This document shows positions 32,286-41,800 of a DNA stretch of 64,000 nt, one piece after another. The DNA is from a virus. Made by a program: the position numbers and the translations under genes. Position 1 is the first letter of the stretch, and every line of letters starts with the position of its first letter. The DNA is taken from positions 1 to 64,000 of the IMG/VR virus record IMGVR_UViG_3300021067_000001; one strand, 5' to 3'. The notes under the pieces were generated by a model. The model did not search any database, was not told the origin of the DNA, and saw nothing but the letters and a program-made list of their open reading frames with translations.

Positions 32286-33071
32286 ATGGTCGATGCGCTT
32301 ACGCATATGTTGCGGGAAGCTGGCAAGCTGCAGAAAGCGGGCGAAGCCCATGGATGGGACGTCAAAGTAACGGACACCACCGATGGCCAGCATGGGACAG
32401 AGACTCTGCGAGTTGATTGCGTAGCGACTCGCGGGCAGGAGGTAATTTCCATTTGGTGGGAGGACAAGAAGCTTCTTGAAGCCCCCACCTACCAGCTGGC
32501 CGGCCGCGAAATCAAACTGCGTAATGCCAGCGCTTGCGTGCAGCAAATGTCCAAGAAGCCGGATTTCGAGAAGGCAGCACGTAAAGCCAAGGTCCGTCGC
32601 CGGCGCGGGCGCGACGATTTTGAGGATGTCAAGGCGGATGACAACACTTTGCCTTGGAAGTACTTTCAAGATGAAAACCACCCGGATTACATTGATCCGG
32701 AATTGCTAGAGGATCTGGGAGGACTTGACAAGCAGATTCTGCGAGCATGTTACGCCAGAACGATCGTGTATCGCAACAGCCTGACAAACGAAGTTTGTAC
32801 TGATGTTGTGTTGCGATCTTCCGATGCCTCTTTGCGAAAGGGGAATTTCAACTCTACGAATTATCACATTAGTCGTAGTTCGTCCGGGAGAGAGATCCTC
32901 AATTTCATCGGGGTGTTCGGATTCCGTTCTGTGGCTCTGGATTCTATTTTGCGAGTGGGAACCAGCGATGAGGCAGCGGAGAGAACCCGGAAGCATCTGC
33001 TTGCAGTAGCTGCAGGCGACGAGAAGGATCAGCGGAAAGACTCCAAGAAGTTCTGGAAGAAGCACGGGTGA
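32286..33071 (+). CDS. hypothetical protein
   Basis: AGGAGG RBS; 261 aa. Confidence 0.55.
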   Translation: MVDALTHMLREAGKLQKAGEAHGWDVKVTDTTDGQHGTETLRVDCVATRGQEVISIWWEDKKLLEAPTYQLAGREIKLRNASACVQQMSKKPDFEKAARKAKVRRRRGRDDFEDVKADDNTLPWKYFQDENHPDYIDPELLEDLGGLDKQILRACYARTIVYRNSLTNEVCTDVVLRSSDASLRKGNFNSTNYHISRSSSGREILNFIGVFGFRSVALDSILRVGTSDEAAERTRKHLLAVAAGDEKDQRKDSKKFWKKHG

Positions 33072-33074
33072 TGA

Positions 33075-33233
33075 ATGCCAGAGAATGAGCTGAAGACTTG
33101 GTTCATAGTTGGACTAATTCTTTTTGTGTTGCTCCTGAGCTTGGCCTTTTGGATCAACAACAAGATTCAGGAGCGCCGAATGCGGAAGAATTATGTCTGC
33201 CACGACGAAGCTGAATGGGAAAGACATGAATGA
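33075..33233 (+). CDS. possible 52-aa single-TM protein
   Basis: MPENELKTWFIVGLILFVLLLSLAFWINNK... Overlaps the start of 33193..33423, so one of the two starts may be wrong. Confidence 0.35.
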   Translation: MPENELKTWFIVGLILFVLLLSLAFWINNKIQERRMRKNYVCHDEAEWERHE

Positions 33234-33423
33234 GGACACCCATCTGGAGATGGACTACGAGGACCGAAACGGGTCGGCACTGCCAGAGCATCTGATGCAC
33301 GAGGAGTCTGAGGACATCTATGCAGGAACTGCAGCCAATGACGATCCTGAAGGTATGGAGAGTCTTGCGGACGTGGAATACGACCGTGAGGCCGACTCCT
33401 GGATGTGGAGTGATCGGTTGTGA
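33193..33423 (+). CDS. strongly acidic small protein
   Basis: 76 aa, rich in D/E (EMDYEDRNG...HEESEDIY...DDPEGMESLADVEYDREADSW). Confidence 0.45.
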   Translation: MSATTKLNGKDMNEDTHLEMDYEDRNGSALPEHLMHEESEDIYAGTAANDDPEGMESLADVEYDREADSWMWSDRL

Positions 33424-33671
33424 AGATTCCTCGCAATATCGAGCAGATCGACAAGATGCTTGATGAACTGATGGCCCCCAGATTCACCTACCTGATGGCC
33501 AGGGGTCGGATGGCAGCGTGCCTACGCGTGGGGAAGCAGAGCGATGCTATGCATAGAGGCGCACATGCGGCCATGATCAGTTCTGCCAAGGAGATTCACC
33601 GCATCGTCATGGAGTATCGAGCGCTGCCAATGGCGGCCATTGACGCAAAAGTGGTGCACGAGGAGGAGTGA
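33420..33671 (+). CDS. hypothetical protein
   Basis: GTGA coupling; 83 aa. Confidence 0.5.
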   Translation: MKIPRNIEQIDKMLDELMAPRFTYLMARGRMAACLRVGKQSDAMHRGAHAAMISSAKEIHRIVMEYRALPMAAIDAKVVHEEE

Positions 33672-35560
33672 TGGATATTCGAGTGGAGAGGATCGGCAAT
33701 CGAATTCATCTCAAGAGTCCGTACCGGCCTGATTTGCCAGAAAAATGTAGAAAAATCAACGGATATAGCTGGCTCAAAGAGAAGAAAGTCTGGTCTTTTC
33801 CGCTTGATTTCGGCACCTGTCTGAAGTTGCGGGAGTTGTTTCAACATGAACTCAAGATTGGTCCGGAACTTGGTGCATGGGCGCGCAAAGAAAAGAAGAT
33901 CCATGAAGAGCTTATGGCGCTTACTTCTGAGGTCCGGGCAGATCTTGGGCGTCTTGCCGAGGTTTCCCCCGCGCTCGCCAACGCGATGGCTAATCGTCCG
34001 TACCAACAAATTGGTTCGGCTTGGCTGGCTCGTGCCCGGCAGGCGCTATTGGGTGACCACCCGGGCCTTGGCAAGACTCTGCAAGCAATGGGTGCTATTG
34101 TAGAGGCAGAAATCACCGGCCCAATTTTGGTTTTTGCACCCAAGACGGCCGCCATCATTACATGGACCGAAGAGTTGTCCAAATGGCTGCCGAATGACAT
34201 GGTATACTGCGTCACAGCGCTAAACGGCAAAAAGCGTAATGAGGCATTGTCAAGTGTCATTGCATATTTTCAGGAGTGGGACACACGCGGACCTGCATCA
34301 GATCGCCCAGAGCCCCGCATGTGGATTCTCTGCAATATCGAGATGGCCCGGGTCAAGGTCTTGCAGAAGAAAGAGGCAGAGCTAGAAGGTGCCGAGGTAT
34401 TTGACCCCAAATACCCAGAGATATTCTCGATGCCCTGGTCTGCAGTTATTGTGGATGAGAGCCACAACGGCTTGATTACGCAATATTCAAAGCTGTCTCG
34501 GATGTCACAGACCCGCGCGGGGATGGCTAAATTGCCTCTGCGAGAAGGCAGTTTGAAGATTGCCATGTCAGGTACGCCGATGCGGGGAAAGCCCCAGAAT
34601 CTTTGGGGGACTCTGAATTGGCTTCGACCGGATTTGTACCCTGCCTTTTGGCGATGGGTTGGCAAGTACTTTGACGTATTCGACAATGGGTATGGCGTGA
34701 TCATCGGTGGTTTCAAAGAGGGCATGGAAGAGGAATTCAACCGTGACCTTGAGACCATTATGCTTCGTCGAACGAAGGCAGAGGTTTTGGCAGATCTGCC
34801 GCCGAAAATGTATGCTGGAACCAGGCTGGAGAACCAAAATCCCGCAGCAGCTCCTGGGCATTGGATTCCGATTGAGGGTCCCCAGCTGAAGACATATCGG
34901 GATGTAGGCAAAGATGCCGCCATCAAGCTTCAAGGCGGTACATTAACTCCAAATGGACATCTCGCTTTGGCAACACGACAGAAGCAATTTGCTTCAGCGT
35001 CAGCCAGAATTGATGAAAACGGCGAATACCAGCCTTGCTTACCAAGCAACAAATTCGATTGGCTCGTGCAATTCCTTGCCGAGCGAGGGATTTCAGCTGA
35101 GGATGAATATGGTGATGCCAAAGTCATTGTGGCAACGCAATTTACCAGGCTTGCCAATATGTTCCATCGTGAGCTTGAGTCAATTGGAATAAAAGCACAT
35201 CTTTTGACTGGTGAGGTTCGACCGCAAAAGCGAAAGGAAATCAAGGAGGAGTTTCAGGGGATTGGTGGTCCTCGGGTATTCATTTTGAATATCAAGGCTG
35301 GCGGCGTCTCTCTGACGCTGGATGCGGCAGATGATGTTGTAATTTTGGATGAAACCTGGAACCCTGATGATCAGGAGCAGGTTGAGGATCGCGCGCATCG
35401 TGCGAGCCGCATGCACCAAGTCACAATTCACTATGTGCGATCTATCGGCACAATCGAAGAGGAAATCGCTCTGGATTTGGGTGATCGTGAAGAGGCACAG
35501 AAACAAATTCTTGATGGCAGACGCGGCGTAGATTTCGTCAAGCAACTTTTGGGAGTGTAA
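33668..35560 (+). CDS. SNF2/RAD54-family helicase-like ATPase
   Basis: Motif I GDHPGLGKTLQA, motif II AVIVDESHN, and C-terminal LTLDAADDVVILDETWNPDDQEQVEDRAHRASR (motifs V-VI). Confidence 0.85.
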   Translation: MMDIRVERIGNRIHLKSPYRPDLPEKCRKINGYSWLKEKKVWSFPLDFGTCLKLRELFQHELKIGPELGAWARKEKKIHEELMALTSEVRADLGRLAEVSPALANAMANRPYQQIGSAWLARARQALLGDHPGLGKTLQAMGAIVEAEITGPILVFAPKTAAIITWTEELSKWLPNDMVYCVTALNGKKRNEALSSVIAYFQEWDTRGPASDRPEPRMWILCNIEMARVKVLQKKEAELEGAEVFDPKYPEIFSMPWSAVIVDESHNGLITQYSKLSRMSQTRAGMAKLPLREGSLKIAMSGTPMRGKPQNLWGTLNWLRPDLYPAFWRWVGKYFDVFDNGYGVIIGGFKEGMEEEFNRDLETIMLRRTKAEVLADLPPKMYAGTRLENQNPAAAPGHWIPIEGPQLKTYRDVGKDAAIKLQGGTLTPNGHLALATRQKQFASASARIDENGEYQPCLPSNKFDWLVQFLAERGISAEDEYGDAKVIVATQFTRLANMFHRELESIGIKAHLLTGEVRPQKRKEIKEEFQGIGGPRVFILNIKAGGVSLTLDAADDVVILDETWNPDDQEQVEDRAHRASRMHQVTIHYVRSIGTIEEEIALDLGDREEAQKQILDGRRGVDFVKQLLGV

Positions 35561-35908
35561 ATGGATTGGTCGTTGATCTGGATTGGAATTGCAGTTGCAG
35601 CGTTCGTGGGATTGCTTTTGTGCGCCACTTGGGCTGTGGCGCGTGATATCGGCTGGAACAAAGGGTTTATGGATGGATTTGAAGATGGTGAAAGATATGG
35701 TCGCGAAGAAGAAAAACAAGTTCAGCTAGCAAATCCATTCCACAAACAAAATCTACGAGCCAACCGAAGCGCTATGCCTCGCCCAGATTCTGCAGGGCCA
35801 ATTAGGGTGCATCAAGCCAAGATTAGAGGTGACTACATGCTGCCACAAAACCAACCAGGATTCCCGAATCCTACCAAGTTCAACATAAATCCAGCTGATC
35901 CGGATTAG
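35561..35908 (+). CDS. membrane protein (N-terminal TM)
   Basis: TAAATG junction. MDWSLIWIGIAVAAFVGLLLCATWAV. Confidence 0.5.
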   Translation: MDWSLIWIGIAVAAFVGLLLCATWAVARDIGWNKGFMDGFEDGERYGREEEKQVQLANPFHKQNLRANRSAMPRPDSAGPIRVHQAKIRGDYMLPQNQPGFPNPTKFNINPADPD

Positions 35909-35940
35909 ATTGCATTGCAATCAAGGCCGGAAAGATCGAC

Positions 35941-35969
35941 TAGCCATGGCCGGTCGAATAGGGTAAGGT
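35941..35969 (+). promoter_or_regulatory. promoter-like element P3 (TAGCCA-N17-TAAGGT)
   Basis: cTAGCCA, then 17 nt ending in GGG, then TAAGGTAA. Lies about 45 nt upstream of ATG 36014. Same architecture as P1/P2. Confidence 0.45.
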
Positions 35970-36013
35970 AATAAAAGTATCAGGCCAGCATGGTCCCAAA
36001 TTCGAGGAGAAGC

Positions 36014-36508
36014 ATGACTACCACCGAAGCCAACGAGGCTGTCGAGACTCCGGCAGAGGTTGTGCCGACGGAGGAGACGCCCAAGGCTGAGAAGTCCAAG
36101 GGCGAGGATTACACCAAGTACGTGGAGAAGGAGCCGACCAACCTTCACGTCCACTACTGGGACTGGATCAAGTCCAAGACGGGCCTGGAGCTTGCGGTGG
36201 CGGATGACGTTGCCGTCAAGATCGTGCAGATCGCTGTGAGTGCGTACCAGAAGTATCAGGCTTCGCCGGAGAACAAGCAGCGTCGTGTCGATGAGGCCCA
36301 GGCGCGCGAGGAGGCTGTCGAGGCAGCCAAGGCAGAAAAGGCCAAGAAGGCCGCAGCGAAGGCTGCGGAGAAGGCCAAGGCTGCTGAGGATGCCAAGACT
36401 GAGGCTGCTGCTGCCGGTGATGGCGAGGCCGCGAAGCGCCAGCCGCCGCCGCGCAAGGGCGCCAAGGCTTCTGCGACCAAGGCCGCTGCAGGCGAAGCTC
36501 CGTTCTGA
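36014..36508 (+). CDS. Ala/Lys-rich-tailed protein, paralog B (putative nucleoid/DNA-associated)
   Basis: GAGGAGAAGC RBS. Core DYTKYVEKEPTNLHVHY..W...KTGLEL...KIVQIAVSAY..YQASPENKQRR. Tail AAKAEKAKKAAAKAAEKAKAAEDAKTEAAAA resembles histone H1 or actinobacterial HU tails. Confidence 0.75.
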   Translation: MTTTEANEAVETPAEVVPTEETPKAEKSKGEDYTKYVEKEPTNLHVHYWDWIKSKTGLELAVADDVAVKIVQIAVSAYQKYQASPENKQRRVDEAQAREEAVEAAKAEKAKKAAAKAAEKAKAAEDAKTEAAAAGDGEAAKRQPPPRKGAKASATKAAAGEAPF

Positions 36509-37059
36509 TCTTCCGGGGGTACCTGGCGAGTTAGGTCACCAGGCTAAGTCGCGTGGACAGCATAGAAGCACGCAGCCCCATCCAAGCAGGGAGGTTCAGG
36601 GGTGACGACCTGAACATGTCAACCGGACCGGACAGTCTATGACTTATCCGGAACGTCACCGCTTGACACTCCCTTTTGTTGGCAGATGTGCTCCGGCACT
36701 ATCTGTCTTTTTACTCAGTGGGGATTGAGCCACACGGTCGGTCTGCCGGGGAAGGGTGGACCGGCCGCTGTGGTGGAGAATGAGTGGCCAAGGGCCATAG
36801 AAATAGAGTATCCTGCGTGTATCGCCCTGATTTTTAAGATACGCAGTGCCGCCTCTCATTCTCCTCCAGAGCGGTTTGTTGTGGTGGATAGTCAAGGTGC
36901 ATAAGTGTACACGGCTGGCTTATGCAGCAAGGTACGGCCAGAGGTGACAGCCTGCGACGTGACTACTGCTGGAACTCACAGCTGGTGAGCGCACGGTAGC
37001 CTGCGATCGTGACTGGTGAACTCTAAACAGTCCGCCTTGACTATCCTTCAGAGCGAAGT
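36509..37059 (+). ncRNA. candidate structured non-coding region (unclassified)
   Basis: 551 nt with no RBS-supported ORF. Stems GTTCAGG/CCTGAAC (36594-36615), 36813-36846 and GCATAAG/CTTATGC (36899-36926). Direct repeat AGCCTGCGA(T)CGTGACT at 36949 and 36998. Confidence 0.25.
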
Positions 37060-37074
37060 GTGGGAGGAGGGTCA

Positions 37075-37329
37075 GTGCCAAATAGTACAGAAAAGAATAG
37101 GCAACGTCGAGAGTTGCGCAAATGGGTCGCTGACCCAAATCACCGAAATAAGGGATACTGGAAGGCTCCATTACCAGAAGAAAAGCACGGACGATTTAGC
37201 ACTTATAGCAATTGGGGCTGCTTGTGCCCGCCTTGTGAAGAGGCAAATGAGGAGCATAGCAGAATTCAACGCAAGAGGGTTGCGAAGATTTTCCGCCGGA
37301 CATTGGATTACATTTCCGGTAATCGCTAA
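37075..37329 (+). CDS. basic protein with GCxCxxC motif (putative Zn/DNA binding)
   Basis: GTG 37075 lies 6 nt after GGGAGGAGGG (the ORF opens at GTG 37060). GRFSTYSNWGCLCPPCEEA motif. Confidence 0.55.
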   Translation: MPNSTEKNRQRRELRKWVADPNHRNKGYWKAPLPEEKHGRFSTYSNWGCLCPPCEEANEEHSRIQRKRVAKIFRRTLDYISGNR

Positions 37330-37368
37330 AATTGAATAGCATAAATTGGCACTAGCCCTCTATGGAGG

Positions 37369-38133
37369 ATGGCTATGCAGGGAAATCCCAAGAATGCAGG
37401 GCGTAGCAAGAAAGCGCTCTGCATTTCCTGTGCACGGAATAAGCACAGACAGTGTGATTTGCACGTGAATGACGGCGCATTCGATGCCGAAGACTTCATC
37501 AACGTTCGCTGTGATTGTTTCTGTGAGGGTCGAATTGGTACAGAATTCGATAGCCTCGTAGCAATGGCCGAACACTACGCCGAGCAAGTGCAGGAATTTC
37601 AGGAGGAGACTCGACAGGTTCGCATGCTTGCCGCGCGGGCTGCCGGTGTGGCTGATGAGGTGATGGAAATCATCAGAGCCCTTGATGCCCGCGCGAGGGA
37701 TGATGAGGGAAACCTGCTAATTTTGGATCACCGTGAGCACGTGGACCGTGTGCTGGACGAGTTCTTCCTGCAGATGAAAACGGTCGCTAACAAGAGCGAG
37801 GCTGTTCTGGCGCTGCTCGCCGAGGACAGCGGATTCACTGTGAAAAATCTTGTTAACAGACTTGTTGAAGTGCAAAGCTCTGATCCCTATGATGCCTGTG
37901 ACGACGATTTTGATGGACCCATCGGCGACGGTCCGCAGGGCGTGCAGAAGCGTGGTCCTGGCGTCCTTCAGGAAGGCCCGTATGCCGGGCGAGTAACTGA
38001 GCCTGGCGGTAGGCAGCGAGACGCCACATCTGACGAGATTGCCATGGTAGAGCAGTATCGGAAGGCGCAAGCTGTCCTCGCCGAACGTGCTAAGCAGCAG
38101 ATCAACGAGGATACAGGGTGGCCCGTTGATTGA
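37369..38133 (+). CDS. hypothetical protein with Cys-rich N-terminus
   Basis: ATGGAGGATGG upstream. CISCARNKHRQCDLH...VRCDCFCEG. 254 aa. Confidence 0.55.
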   Translation: MAMQGNPKNAGRSKKALCISCARNKHRQCDLHVNDGAFDAEDFINVRCDCFCEGRIGTEFDSLVAMAEHYAEQVQEFQEETRQVRMLAARAAGVADEVMEIIRALDARARDDEGNLLILDHREHVDRVLDEFFLQMKTVANKSEAVLALLAEDSGFTVKNLVNRLVEVQSSDPYDACDDDFDGPIGDGPQGVQKRGPGVLQEGPYAGRVTEPGGRQRDATSDEIAMVEQYRKAQAVLAERAKQQINEDTGWPVD

Positions 38134-39118
38134 GCTGCCTCTGCTCCGTACGTCGGAGCGCAAAGACTTTAAGCGCTGCCCGCAACGGTGGTGGTGGGCT
38201 TGGCGCGATGGCCTGCGGCCACAAGGTCCAGATCCCCTAAACCTTTGGTTCGGCACCGGAATTCATTTGGCTTTGGCTAAGTGGTATATTCCTGGCAAGA
38301 CACGCGGAGTTGACCCACGCGAGACATTCGAGGCTTTTGTAAAATCAGAGACTCGAATGATGAAGTTGACGCACAAGGATGAATTCGGCGAAGTTGAGAA
38401 AGACTTCGTTGAAGCCGGTGTCTTGGGCGAAGACATGCTTACCGGTTATCTCAATTTCTATGGATGGGATGAAGCCTGGGAGTTCATTGCTCCCGAACAA
38501 ACATTCTCTGTAGTTCTTCGGCATCCGGTGCACGGCAAGATTGTGCGATATGTCGGGACATTTGATGGCGTATTCATCGACCATGAGCAAGACGGTTCAT
38601 ATCGCTTGCTAGAAACGAAGACTGCCAAGGACATCAGCACAGCGCATCTTTCGCTTGATGATCAAGCCGGTGGTTATTGGGCGATTGCCACAAACACACT
38701 TCGTGCTCAGAATTTAATTCCCTCTGATGCGAACATTGATTACATTGTGTATAATTTTCTTCGCAAAGCCTTGGAGGATGACCGCCCCAAGGACCCGGAA
38801 GGCTTTGCGCTGAACAAAGACGGAACGCGCAGCAAAAGGCAGCCAAAGCCTCGGTTTGAGCGTTTTCCGATTGATAGAAATCCGCGTGAGCGAAATGTGC
38901 AGCTTAAGCGAATTATGGCTGAATCCATGGCTATGCGTCGCTTTGAAACGGGCGAGCAAGAAATGTACAAAACCTCCAGCTGGAATTGTTCATGGGATTG
39001 CCAGTTCTTTCAGATGTGCGAGCTGCACGAGCAAACTCCAGATTGGGAGGAATACCGCAACATGTCGATGCGTCGTCGTGATCCGTACGCAGATCACAGG
39101 AAGAGTGCGGCAGAATGA
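38087..39118 (+). CDS. PD-(D/E)XK nuclease, Cas4/RecB-like exonuclease
   Basis: N-terminal Cys (FKRCPQRWWW). GTFDGVFID...YRLLETKTAK catalytic core. C-terminal CSWDCQFFQMC Fe-S-type cysteines. The start is uncertain (alternative TTG 38126). Confidence 0.75.
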   Translation: MLSSRSTRIQGGPLIELPLLRTSERKDFKRCPQRWWWAWRDGLRPQGPDPLNLWFGTGIHLALAKWYIPGKTRGVDPRETFEAFVKSETRMMKLTHKDEFGEVEKDFVEAGVLGEDMLTGYLNFYGWDEAWEFIAPEQTFSVVLRHPVHGKIVRYVGTFDGVFIDHEQDGSYRLLETKTAKDISTAHLSLDDQAGGYWAIATNTLRAQNLIPSDANIDYIVYNFLRKALEDDRPKDPEGFALNKDGTRSKRQPKPRFERFPIDRNPRERNVQLKRIMAESMAMRRFETGEQEMYKTSSWNCSWDCQFFQMCELHEQTPDWEEYRNMSMRRRDPYADHRKSAAE

Positions 39119-39348
39119 GTGAGGATGCGCAGAAGATTGATGCTGATGTTTGGCTGCAGAACGACGAAATTCTCCCCTCCAGTCCGGGGTGGGTGTATCG
39201 AGATGTAGATGGGACCGACTATCCTGTGGTTGGATGGAAAACAAAGGGGATTTCGCTGGAAGATGAGGGATACATGATGGTCCCAATTCTCGGCGAACCT
39301 CATCCGGGCGGAAAGTTGTTTTTCCAAGGAACGGAGTTCACTCAGTGA
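39115..39348 (+). CDS. hypothetical protein
   Basis: ATGA coupling; 77 aa. Confidence 0.45.
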   Translation: MSEDAQKIDADVWLQNDEILPSSPGWVYRDVDGTDYPVVGWKTKGISLEDEGYMMVPILGEPHPGGKLFFQGTEFTQ

Positions 39349-40256
39349 CAGCGACAGTTGAGCTCCCCTCTGATATCATTGATCTCTCGGATTATGATGA
39401 GAGTATCAATCTGCTGCTTTATGCAGATTCTGGCGTTGGAAAGACAGTTTTCAGCGGCGGCGCCGGCTTGATTCTCGGCGTTGAGAAGGGCACAGTCTCC
39501 GCAAAGCGCCAGGGTAGCAATGCCAAGCTTTGGAAGATCAATTCCTGGAATGATCTGCAGAAGGCTTACTCTTGGCTCAGGAAGAATCCCAAGGTATTCT
39601 CTTGGGTTGCTATTGATTCTGCCACTGAGATGCAGCAGCTTGCGCTGAAATGGATTTTGGAAAAGGAGTACCGAGAGGCTGGCGGCGCACAAAGCAAACG
39701 GGATATTGATATCCCGCAGATTCAGGATCATCAAAAGTGGCAGAACATGTTCAAGAGGTTCATCAAGGGCTTTTGCGATCTGCCAATTAATGTTGTGTTT
39801 ACAGCGCTGCCTCTTCACGTTGAAGATGAAGAGGGAATGGCGCTGGTGCTCCCTGACTTTTCCGGCAAGGGATACCAAATTGCGCAGTGGGTTTGCGCGC
39901 AAATGTCCGTCGTCGGATACATGAAGAAGATCCGCAGGAAGACTGGCGAAGACGGCAAGGGCGAGGCAACCTACAAAGAAGTACGTAGAGTATACTTCCA
40001 GTATAAGGCGCCACACTTCGCCAAAGATCGATATAATGTTCTTGGTCCGTACTGGGACGACCCTACGTTAGCCGCTATCGATGCGCGCATCAAGGGTACG
40101 GATAAGCCGTCGGGGGACCCCGGCAACGTCGCAACGGCGAAGGGAGAGGCCAGCAAAGCCCGTCGTCCGGCCGACGACGCGGTTACCGAGGAGCCGTCTG
40201 ACACAACAGACGAATCGGATGATGTCGAAGACATCAATTTGGATGATGAGGAATAA
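39345..40256 (+). CDS. RecA-fold ATPase, AAA_24/Sak4-like recombination protein
   Basis: Walker A LLLYADSGVGKT. Walker B-like WVAIDSATE. Acidic C-terminal tail. Confidence 0.7.
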   Translation: MTATVELPSDIIDLSDYDESINLLLYADSGVGKTVFSGGAGLILGVEKGTVSAKRQGSNAKLWKINSWNDLQKAYSWLRKNPKVFSWVAIDSATEMQQLALKWILEKEYREAGGAQSKRDIDIPQIQDHQKWQNMFKRFIKGFCDLPINVVFTALPLHVEDEEGMALVLPDFSGKGYQIAQWVCAQMSVVGYMKKIRRKTGEDGKGEATYKEVRRVYFQYKAPHFAKDRYNVLGPYWDDPTLAAIDARIKGTDKPSGDPGNVATAKGEASKARRPADDAVTEEPSDTTDESDDVEDINLDDEE

Positions 40257-40258
40257 AA

Positions 40259-40939
40259 TTGCCTAATATCAAGTTCAAGGTTGGCGCTGATGCCAAGGAC
40301 GCCAAACCGTCCCAGGTTGGCTATGTTGGCTCTCGACCTCCCAAGGGCGTTTATCGAGTTTTGGTGAAGCGCCTGACTCTCACCATCAACAAGAACGGCG
40401 ACTACATGTTGAACGCGGTTCTTGAGATCAATGAACCTGAGAGTTCGCCCAAGGCGCGTTACAACAAGTACGGCTTCTGGTGGAATGGTAACGTCACCGA
40501 CGAAGGGGCTGGCTATATCAACCAGTTCCTTGACGCTATCAGCAACGGTAAGAGCGCGGTGAAGGACGCATTCTATGCGGGTAAACTGCGCACCTTTGAA
40601 GCTCCCAAGAAGGGGCACAAGGCTGCGGTAATGGCAATCGGCCCGCTGCGAATTCAGCAGGAGGGTATGCCCGCTATCGTCAATACCCGACTTGGCAAGC
40701 CCTACAACGGCGAGACGAACCTGGCTGTTGCTGATTGGCTGCTTCCGAGTCAGCTGGAAGAGCTTGAAGCTTCTGGATCACTTGATGGCGATGACGATGT
40801 CGCCGAAGATGATGTTGAGGTTGACATCGATGAGTCCGCTGACGGTGAGTCTGCTGACGGTGCTGCTGATGACGATGTTGCTGATGACGACAGCATCGAG
40901 TACACCGAGGAGGATGAAGACAATGAACCTCCCTTCTGA
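40259..40939 (+). CDS. putative ssDNA-binding protein with acidic C-terminal tail
   Basis: TTG start. Follows the Sak4-like ATPase. The C-terminus ...DDSIEYTEEDEDNEPPF resembles the SSB acidic tip (DDDIPF type). Confidence 0.5.
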   Translation: MPNIKFKVGADAKDAKPSQVGYVGSRPPKGVYRVLVKRLTLTINKNGDYMLNAVLEINEPESSPKARYNKYGFWWNGNVTDEGAGYINQFLDAISNGKSAVKDAFYAGKLRTFEAPKKGHKAAVMAIGPLRIQQEGMPAIVNTRLGKPYNGETNLAVADWLLPSQLEELEASGSLDGDDDVAEDDVEVDIDESADGESADGAADDDVADDDSIEYTEEDEDNEPPF

Positions 40940-41153
40940 TTTGAAGCCAGTATATCTGGCTGATTACGAGGGTTACGAGGATGGCCCTGTCATCGTCAAG
41001 ATCGAAATCACAGAGGTTCTTGATTACCCTGAGGGCGAAGATCTGACGGAATATCTTGGCACTCTGCTTTCAGACGCATTTGGATCAGCCGGATTCAACA
41101 TCGTAGTTGCGAATACGGCTGAAGCTGCGCAGGAGTCTCGCGGCGTACACTGA
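40923..41153 (+). CDS. small acidic protein
   Basis: ATG 40923 inside track ORF 40692..41153; 76 aa. Confidence 0.45.
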   Translation: MNLPSDLKPVYLADYEGYEDGPVIVKIEITEVLDYPEGEDLTEYLGTLLSDAFGSAGFNIVVANTAEAAQESRGVH

Positions 41154-41218
41154 GAACGTCCCCCGGTCAGTCGGTGAAACATCCGGCTGGCCGGGGCGAC
41201 CTTGCGACAAGGATTCAT

Positions 41219-41800
41219 ATGCAGACATTCCTTCCCTATATTGGGTGGAACAAGTCGTTGCAATGTCTGGATAATTTACGGCTCTCCAAACAGCGCGTTG
41301 AGGCAAAGCAGATTCTCATGATTTTGGCTGGCGAGAGTCAGGGATATCAACACCATCCGGCCATTCAAATGTGGCGAGGCTATGAGCGTGCGCTTTGTAT
41401 GTATGGCGCAGCGGCTTGCTATCAATGGAGAATAGTTAGAAATCGAAATTGCGACATGTGGCCTTGGTTCCCCGCCCGGGACAAGGCGTATGCTGATGGT
41501 ATTATGCCATGGGCTGCAGAACCGCAAATTGCTGCCGTGCCCCCTTGGGTAACAGATGCATGGCTTATGCGATCACACCGAAGTAATTTGATTCGCAAGA
41601 ATGCGGAGCATTACGGACCGCTGTTTCCGAATACGCCAGAGAATATGCCATACCTTTGGCCGGTTAATGACCCGGAAGAGACCAAGGGATATCGCTTGCT
41701 AGTTAGCATGGCCGATTATGGTAGAATTTGTCGTGGTGAACGAGTTATCCCATCTGGGCTTAGTTTTGATGAAATTAATCGGAATGTGACGGTGCGATGA
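41219..41800 (+). CDS. endonuclease V / pyrimidine-dimer glycosylase (Pyr_excise)-like protein (tentative)
   Basis: MQTFLPYIGW..SLQCLDNLRLSKQRVEAKQIL...GYQHHPAIQMWRGY resembles that superfamily from memory. ATG 41219 with AAGGA RBS. Confidence 0.45.
   Translation: MQTFLPYIGWNKSLQCLDNLRLSKQRVEAKQILMILAGESQGYQHHPAIQMWRGYERALCMYGAAACYQWRIVRNRNCDMWPWFPARDKAYADGIMPWAAEPQIAAVPPWVTDAWLMRSHRSNLIRKNAEHYGPLFPNTPENMPYLWPVNDPEETKGYRLLVSMADYGRICRGERVIPSGLSFDEINRNVTVR

Noticed and set aside
32111-32416. 101-aa + strand ORF with a hydrophobic stretch, bridging two genes.
   Set aside because: It overlaps 31729..32211 by about 100 nt and 32286..33071 by about 130 nt in other frames. The downstream gene has a strong AGGAGG RBS that lies inside this ORF. 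It is probably spurious, though a short membrane peptide cannot be excluded.
36656-37171. Short ORFs (72-83 aa) on both strands within the second ORF-free region, and the alternative frame 37016..37339.
   Set aside because: None has a Shine-Dalgarno sequence. In contrast, 37075..37329 has GGGAGGAGGG 6 nt upstream and a recognisable Cys motif.
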